Assembly: GCA_964578845.1 (NCBI GenBank)
Contig: CAZOEF010000001.1
Span: 104,591-168,590 of the forward strand
Source: Candidatus Woesearchaeota archaeon
GTDB lineage: Archaea > Nanobdellota > Nanobdellia > Pacearchaeales > GW2011-AR1
Length of the DNA stretch: 64,000 nt
Reading direction: 5' to 3'
The notes under the pieces are model-generated. The model was not told the origin of the DNA. It worked only from the letters and a program-made list of their open reading frames with translations, and searched no databases. Below are positions 59,101 to 64,000 of this stretch, piece after piece. Made by a program: the position numbers and the translations under genes. Every line of letters begins with the position of its first letter. Positions within the stretch are counted from its first letter, which is position 1.

Positions 59101-59865
59101 CTAATCCAAACTAGCCTTCAGTGCCGCGATAAGATTATCCTCTTTCTTTGGTTTCTTTCCTGCTTTAGGCGCTTTAATGATTTCGCCTTTAGAGGCTTTC
59201 TCTAGCATCTTCTGCATTTCTTCCGCGAAATTGTCCTTGAACTGGTCTATTGAGAATTCGTCCTTGTATAATTTATTTATCAGTTCTTCTGCTAATTTTA
59301 ATTCTGCATTTTGGAGCTTTGGAGCGGAGGCAATATTATCCACTTTTTTAATATCCCGAATTTCATAAGGATAATTCAGAGTAGTTAGCAAAAGCCCTCC
59401 TTTATACGCACGGATGGCGCAGAGGTATTCTTTCTCCCTCATCACAAACCTGCCTAAAGCAGTCCTTGCAGTCATATTTAATATCTCCTTGAATAGGAAA
59501 TATGTCTTTTCCTTTTCTTTTGCAGGGCCTATGAAATAATGTGAATTAAGATAAATAGGATCTATCTGGCTCTGGTCAACGAATTCTATTATGTCGATAG
59601 TATCTGACTTCTCGGGCTTTATTGCCGCCAGCTGCTCTTTAGTTGGGACAAAATAATTCCCCTTTGAGATCTCAACGCCCTTGACTATCTCTTTCCAGGG
59701 GACTTCCTTGCCTGTTTTTTCAGAAACCCTTTTGTATTTTATTGGAGCGTGGTGCTTACTGTCTAACATCTTAAAACTAAATGCCTTGCTCTCGATAGCA
59801 GAATACAGCTTAACAGGGATATTCACTAATCCAAATGATATTGATCCGTTCCAAATTGATTTCAT
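59101..59865 (-). CDS. ku: Ku DNA end-binding protein
   Basis: IWNGSISFGLVNIPVKLY, EIVKG.E, IDPIY, LIAALKASL. Confidence 0.96.
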   Translation of the reverse strand: MKSIWNGSISFGLVNIPVKLYSAIESKAFSFKMLDSKHHAPIKYKRVSEKTGKEVPWKEIVKGVEISKGNYFVPTKEQLAAIKPEKSDTIDIIEFVDQSQIDPIYLNSHYFIGPAKEKEKTYFLFKEILNMTARTALGRFVMREKEYLCAIRAYKGGLLLTTLNYPYEIRDIKKVDNIASAPKLQNAELKLAEELINKLYKDEFSIDQFKDNFAEEMQKMLEKASKGEIIKAPKAGKKPKKEDNLIAALKASLD

Positions 59866-60623
59866 TTTTTACTCCTCAAAAACACCAACTCTGTGGGAGT
59901 TGATGACTTTTCATCAAACTTATATCCATCGCGATTGAATTTCTTAAAGTCTTCTATTTTTGTAAGGTTGTTCCTCACTAAGTAATCAGCAAACATCCCT
60001 CTTGCTTTTTTAGCTACTAATCCTATAACCTGGTATTTGCCATTTTTCATGTTCTTAAAATGTGGAGTTATTATCTTACATTTTAGCTGTGAGAAATCAA
60101 CTGCTTCAAAGTATTCTTTTGAGGCGCAGTTAACTAACAAGTCTTTACATTCTTTCTTCAATACATCTGTTACTTTCTGTCTCCAGAATGCATAAAGGTC
60201 TTTTCCTGAAGGATTCTTTAATGGTGTATGCATGTCTAATCTGTATGCCTGAATAAGATCAAAAGGCCTTAGTAACCCGTGAAGGCCGCTTATTATTCTT
60301 ACAGTGTCCTGCAACCTTTTGTAATCCTGATTCTTGTAAGCGATGAAATCGAAACCTTGGTATACTGGACCTGCGAAAGTGAAAACGCACTGCCTGGAAT
60401 TCTTTATTGTGAAAGGAGTCTTCCATTCCTGATACCTTGAGTGATTTAACTTAGCTAAATCGTTGCTTATTTCCATAAGTTCAGCTAATTCTTTAAAAGA
60501 TTTTTTCTTTAAAATATCAACAAGTTTTTTTGATTCTGGAAGAAACTGGGGAATAGTATAATCATCAACAGGAACAGTCTTATCAAAATCCAGAGTCTTG
60601 GCAGGAGATAATAATATTTTCAT
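59862..60623 (-). CDS. yaaA: Peroxide-stress DNA-binding protein YaaA (DUF328)
   Basis: LLSPAKTLD, SGLHGLLRPFD.IQAYRL, NCASKEY, AKKARG. Confidence 0.93.
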   Translation of the reverse strand: MKILLSPAKTLDFDKTVPVDDYTIPQFLPESKKLVDILKKKSFKELAELMEISNDLAKLNHSRYQEWKTPFTIKNSRQCVFTFAGPVYQGFDFIAYKNQDYKRLQDTVRIISGLHGLLRPFDLIQAYRLDMHTPLKNPSGKDLYAFWRQKVTDVLKKECKDLLVNCASKEYFEAVDFSQLKCKIITPHFKNMKNGKYQVIGLVAKKARGMFADYLVRNNLTKIEDFKKFNRDGYKFDEKSSTPTELVFLRSKK

Positions 60624-60738
60624 AATAAGAAAAGGCTTTTTTAGATATAAATAAATTGTGTAGTATTTTAGACTAAACCACGGTCCTGTTTCTGGGACAA
60701 AGATTTAAATATTTCAGAATGCTTTGTATAAGATTAGA

Positions 60739-60865
60739 TGGACCGGCCGGTCCTAAAAAATTCTAATGAATTTTTGGGAACTTCAAAACAAGTATATTTT
60801 GAAGTGAATTGAACCCGGATTTTGTCCTTAGGAGGGAAACGTATTAACCGTTATACGACCGGCCC
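60739..60865 (-). tRNA. tRNA-Arg(CCU) with a 55-nt insert in the T-stem (60751-60805)
   Basis: GGGCCGG/CCGGTCC acceptor stem, GTAT/ATAC D-stem, CT-CCT-AA loop (one anticodon-stem mismatch), CCGGG-TTCAATT-C[insert]CCGG; TATA-like sequence upstream. Confidence 0.8.
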
Positions 60866-60989
60866 ACCTAGATTTTCTAAGAGTTAATTAATCGGGTTAT
60901 CAAAATTGAGAGAGCCTCAACAGAAAGTTAATAATTTTGGTTAAAAAATTTTGATGAAAATATATAAATCAAAGCACATTTATTATAAT

Positions 60990-61361
60990 ATGACGATAGA
61001 TAAATATATTGAAACATTTCCAGATGCAGTGCAAAGCATCTTAAAAAAAATTAGAAGAACAATAAAATCAGCTGCACCTAATACTACAGAAGGAATTAGT
61101 TACAGGATACCCACATTCTACTTGAATGGAAAATATTTGGTATATTTTGCTGCTTTTAAGAATCACATAAGCATCTATCCTGCAACAACTTCTGCAGTTG
61201 ATAAATCAGGATTATCAAAATATAAGGTCTCAAAGGGTACCTTAAGATTCCCGCTTGATAAAAAGATACCTTTTGATTTAATAAAAAAATTTGTTAATTA
61301 TAGAATAAAGGAAGAAACATCTAAACAAAGATCTCCAAAGCCGAGAGGGTCACCTAAATGA
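60990..61361 (+). CDS. DUF1801 (YdhG-like) protein
   Basis: TIDKYI..P, ISYRIPTF, FAAFKNHISIYP, KGTLRFP. Confidence 0.88.
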   Translation: MTIDKYIETFPDAVQSILKKIRRTIKSAAPNTTEGISYRIPTFYLNGKYLVYFAAFKNHISIYPATTSAVDKSGLSKYKVSKGTLRFPLDKKIPFDLIKKFVNYRIKEETSKQRSPKPRGSPK

Positions 61362-61822
61362 AATACGCAGCGCTACTAAGAGGAATAATGCCTTCTAATC
61401 CGAATATGAAGAATGAAAAGCTTAAAGGATTATTTGAAGAATTAGGATTTACAAATGTAAAGACAGTAATATCGAGCGGAAACGTTTTATTTGAAAGCCC
61501 TTCTAAAAATTCCAAAAAACTTGAAACTGATATAGAAAAAGCGTTGCCTGAAAAACTTGGATTCAATAGTATCACTATAATCAGGAGCAGGGAAGAATTA
61601 GAAAAACTAGTGAAAAGCAATCCATTCAAGGGCGTGAAAGAAGACAAGAATAATTATCTTATTGTGACTTTTTTTAAAGACAGACGAAAGGAGCTATGCA
61701 CAGTGATTGATATGTCGAAAGGCCGAACTCCTGATTTTATGAGAGATATTGAGAAACAATTTGGGAAAGAGATAACAACAAGAACGTGGAAGACTGTGAA
61801 CAGGATCATTGATAAATTATAA
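61358..61822 (+). CDS. DUF1697 family protein
   Basis: YAALLRGI, LGFTNVKTVISSGNV, TTRTWKTV. Confidence 0.88.
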   Translation: MKYAALLRGIMPSNPNMKNEKLKGLFEELGFTNVKTVISSGNVLFESPSKNSKKLETDIEKALPEKLGFNSITIIRSREELEKLVKSNPFKGVKEDKNNYLIVTFFKDRRKELCTVIDMSKGRTPDFMRDIEKQFGKEITTRTWKTVNRIIDKL

Positions 61823-62089
61823 ATCAAAATCTTCGATGAAATTCCTGATTATATGATATTTCTCCAAATATCTTGTCCCTTTTTCTCCAAGAGAATAGAA
61901 TTTGTTCCCTTTTTTGTCAATATCCTCTGTTATGAAACCTTTTTCCAGGAGTTCCCTAAAATATTCCATAAACCTGCTGGATGAAAGGCCTGACTTTCTC
62001 AAAAGAGGAGTTAATTTTATTGAATTCTTGTTACCTCTGATTATTTCCAATATGCTATAAATAACTTCTATCCTGCTTCTTTTTGCCAT
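61817..62089 (-). CDS. Winged-helix transcriptional regulator
   Basis: KRSRIEVIYSIL..LLEKGFI..YSLGEKG. Confidence 0.85.
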   Translation of the reverse strand: MAKRSRIEVIYSILEIIRGNKNSIKLTPLLRKSGLSSSRFMEYFRELLEKGFITEDIDKKGNKFYSLGEKGTRYLEKYHIIRNFIEDFDL

Positions 62090-62090
62090 T

Positions 62091-62771
62091 TTATTTTGTT
62101 ATTTTAATGACTCTATAGAGAATTATGAGAAACAATATAGATGATAGAGAATACTGGATTATTCCTCCTATCAAAGAGAACCTAATTGCAAACTGCGCTG
62201 CCCATCCAGCTATCCAGGATATGAATAATAAAATGTAAATCACATGAATGCCTGCGATTCCTGTTTTTTTCTTGGATTCTTTCCTATTCTTATATGCTAA
62301 ATATATTGCAATTATGTATAATGCCAGAATCGCTATCAATGCTGCCCCATGGAAGATCAAAACAAAGATAAGTGCTATAATGCCCAGTGGAATAGGATGG
62401 GTATATTTACTGAACTTTGATTTCTCAAGCTTTTTCCACAATACTCCATACATAAGATAAAATCCTGCAATGAGTCCTGCAAAAGCAGAGAACGCTATTC
62501 CTATCCAGAACAATACAATTGAGACATCCTCAATTCCTATTATGAGAGAAGCTAATCGCAATAGTAATCTTACAAGAAAGGCTATTCCAAAAAACAGGAA
62601 AGCATTCCTAAAATATTTTATGCTTTTATAAGAAGTCAATTCATACAGCTCTTTTGTCCTGAAATAAATAATACTGCATGCTATGATGATAATCAGAGAA
62701 AAGACTAATTCAATCCAGAGGCTAGCCTGAGTAAATGATATGATCTCATTAAAAAATGGTGGCGGGGCCAT
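62091..62771 (-). CDS. Multi-pass membrane protein
   Basis: About seven TM helices; directly upstream of the wHTH gene. Confidence 0.75.
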   Translation of the reverse strand: MAPPPFFNEIISFTQASLWIELVFSLIIIIACSIIYFRTKELYELTSYKSIKYFRNAFLFFGIAFLVRLLLRLASLIIGIEDVSIVLFWIGIAFSAFAGLIAGFYLMYGVLWKKLEKSKFSKYTHPIPLGIIALIFVLIFHGAALIAILALYIIAIYLAYKNRKESKKKTGIAGIHVIYILLFISWIAGWAAQFAIRFSLIGGIIQYSLSSILFLIILYRVIKITK

Positions 62772-62805
62772 GATTTATTGAATGAATAGCTCTTTTTAAA
62801 CCGAA

Positions 62806-62820
62806 TGGACAAAAAGTCCA
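62806..62820. promoter_or_regulatory. Inverted repeat TGGAC-N5-GTCCA between divergent TATA boxes
   Basis: Perfect 5-bp arms flanked by TTTTTAAA and CTTATAAA. Confidence 0.5.
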
Positions 62821-62854
62821 CCTTTCTTATAAATCAAATTTGTCATTGAATAAT

Positions 62855-62971
62855 ATGAGAAAAGTAACTGTAATAATCCTGATTGCTATAATTGCAATAA
62901 TCATTGTTGCAGCTGTAGCTTTTGCCAGCGGAAGTGTGTCCATTTTAGCTGAAAGCTGCATAGGAGGATAA
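62855..62971 (+). CDS. Small single-TM peptide (38 aa), not in the ORF track
   Basis: MRKVTVIILIAIIAIIIVAAVAFASGSVSILAESCIGG; TATA box upstream; TAATG coupling to the DoxX gene. Confidence 0.6.
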   Translation: MRKVTVIILIAIIAIIIVAAVAFASGSVSILAESCIGG

Positions 62972-63372
62972 TGAAGACTGAAAAGCATTCTGCTATGATA
63001 TTGAGAATAGGAATATCTTCAGTTATACTTTGGTTTGCCCTGACATTACTGCAGAACCCTTCCCAGCTTATCCAAAGTATCCCTCTGTATACTTCTATTA
63101 TTCCTCTTCAGCCAATAATTTTGATCTATTTGTATGCATTTTTCTTGATTACTTTTTCTGTTTTTCTTATGCTTGGAATTTTTACCAGAGTTTCAGCATT
63201 GTTTTTAGGGCTGAATATGCTTCACGTCAGCTTTGTTGTCGGATACAGTGCAACAGGAATCAGGGACATAGCTATTGCGATAGCGATATTATCTGTTTTC
63301 ATTCACGGCCCTGATGAATACTGCCTTGATAAACATTTAAATGAAAGAATGATGCGCGAAACTATAAATTGA
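62971..63372 (+). CDS. DoxX family membrane protein
   Basis: ILRIG, LGIFTRVSA, IRDIAI, GPDEYCLD. Confidence 0.75.
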   Translation: MKTEKHSAMILRIGISSVILWFALTLLQNPSQLIQSIPLYTSIIPLQPIILIYLYAFFLITFSVFLMLGIFTRVSALFLGLNMLHVSFVVGYSATGIRDIAIAIAILSVFIHGPDEYCLDKHLNERMMRETIN

Positions 63373-63458
63373 TACCTAAGCTTTCTGGCGATTTTGCGCC
63401 GTTTGAATAGAAAGAAGATACAAATTACCTTTTTATACCCTTATTTCGTCGATTATGC

Positions 63459-64000
63459 ATGAGAATAAGGTATGATTATTCGAGCAGGATGACAAGGACA
63501 ATAGATCCGCATAATAAACATAGGAGATCCTTCACTTCGCAGGCTCTGGAAGTCATCAGGATAAGTGACGTGATACTATACATATTAGATGCCAGATTTA
63601 TAGACGAGACAAGAAATAGGGAACTGGAGAAAGTGATGAATGAGAAAGATAAGATAGTAATCACTATACTCAATAAGAGTGATTTAGTAAATATCTCAAA
63701 ATTAAAAGATTCACAGGACCTGAAGAGTCTCTCACCTTATATATTCGTCTCCACAAAGACTTTGATAGGAAGGAAGAAGCTGCGCGACCAGATAAAGATA
63801 GAAGTCAAGAGGCTGAAAGCTGCCGGAAAGATATTCTCTGAGAATGAAGACGAGGAGATGAAAGAAGAAGCATTGAAGGGGCATAAAAGAGTAATAGGAA
63901 AGACGCAGTGGCTAAAGCTGACAAAGAAAGCCCATATAGGAATTATCGGCTATCCAAACACTGGAAAGAGTTCTGTTATTAATATGCTGACAGGAAGAAG
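63459..64000 (+). CDS. Circularly permuted GTPase (RbgA/YlqF/Nug family), 3' end outside the window
   Basis: SDVILYILDAR and NKSD (G4) precede GIIGYPNTGKSSVIN (G1). Confidence 0.88.
   Translation, partial: MRIRYDYSSRMTRTIDPHNKHRRSFTSQALEVIRISDVILYILDARFIDETRNRELEKVMNEKDKIVITILNKSDLVNISKLKDSQDLKSLSPYIFVSTKTLIGRKKLRDQIKIEVKRLKAAGKIFSENEDEEMKEEALKGHKRVIGKTQWLKLTKKAHIGIIGYPNTGKSSVINMLTGR

Noticed and set aside
60751..60815. tRNA-Arg insert as two ordinary BHB introns
   Set aside because: A UUCA/UGAA helix with bulges could excise the first hairpin at 59/60, but it competes with a stronger internal stem. The second hairpin has no BHB and the scheme fails for the iMet insert. It remains only a possible alternative.
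62855..62971. C-terminal GG of the 38-aa peptide as a ubiquitin-like or bacteriocin signal
   Set aside because: The peptide is a TM helix, not a beta-grasp fold, and the GGAGGA codons double as the ribosome-binding site of the next gene.

Overview
A 64-kb, AT-rich archaeal chromosomal segment, probably from a DPANN lineage such as Pacearchaeota or Woesearchaeota. This placement is inferred from archaeal RNAP, EF-1a, EF-2 and DnaG, a fused and shortened Rpo1, TATA-driven mostly leaderless genes and many bacterial-type accessory genes. The left half is housekeeping: nrdR-nrdJ with tandem NrdR boxes, PepF, thioredoxin, an intron-containing tRNA-Lys, the rpoH-rpoB-rpoA-L30e-nusA-S12-S7-EF2 operon, EF-1a, DnaG, endonuclease IV, a surface protein and an SMC-family ATPase. 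The right half is rich in repair and stress genes: RNase HII, a LigD polymerase and RNase HI, two toxin-antitoxin pairs, DrrAB-like ABC, uvrA-uvrC-uvrB, VOC proteins and a complete NHEJ set (YaaA-Ku, PE-POL fusion, separate ligase). The most notable observations are: (1) related ~55-nt twin-hairpin inserts in the T-arm of tRNA-Arg(CCU) and of a duplicated 3' half of tRNA-iMet, with a related hairpin in the tRNA-Lys intron and both an empty and a filled version at the iMet locus; (2) a condensin-like SMC head whose arms meet at a Rad50-type CxxC hook with no hinge; (3) a complete, unusually arranged archaeal NHEJ system coupled to YaaA, plus a second LigD polymerase between two RNase H genes. 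No CRISPR array, integrase or transposase was seen. All calls come from motif reading only; no database searches were run.
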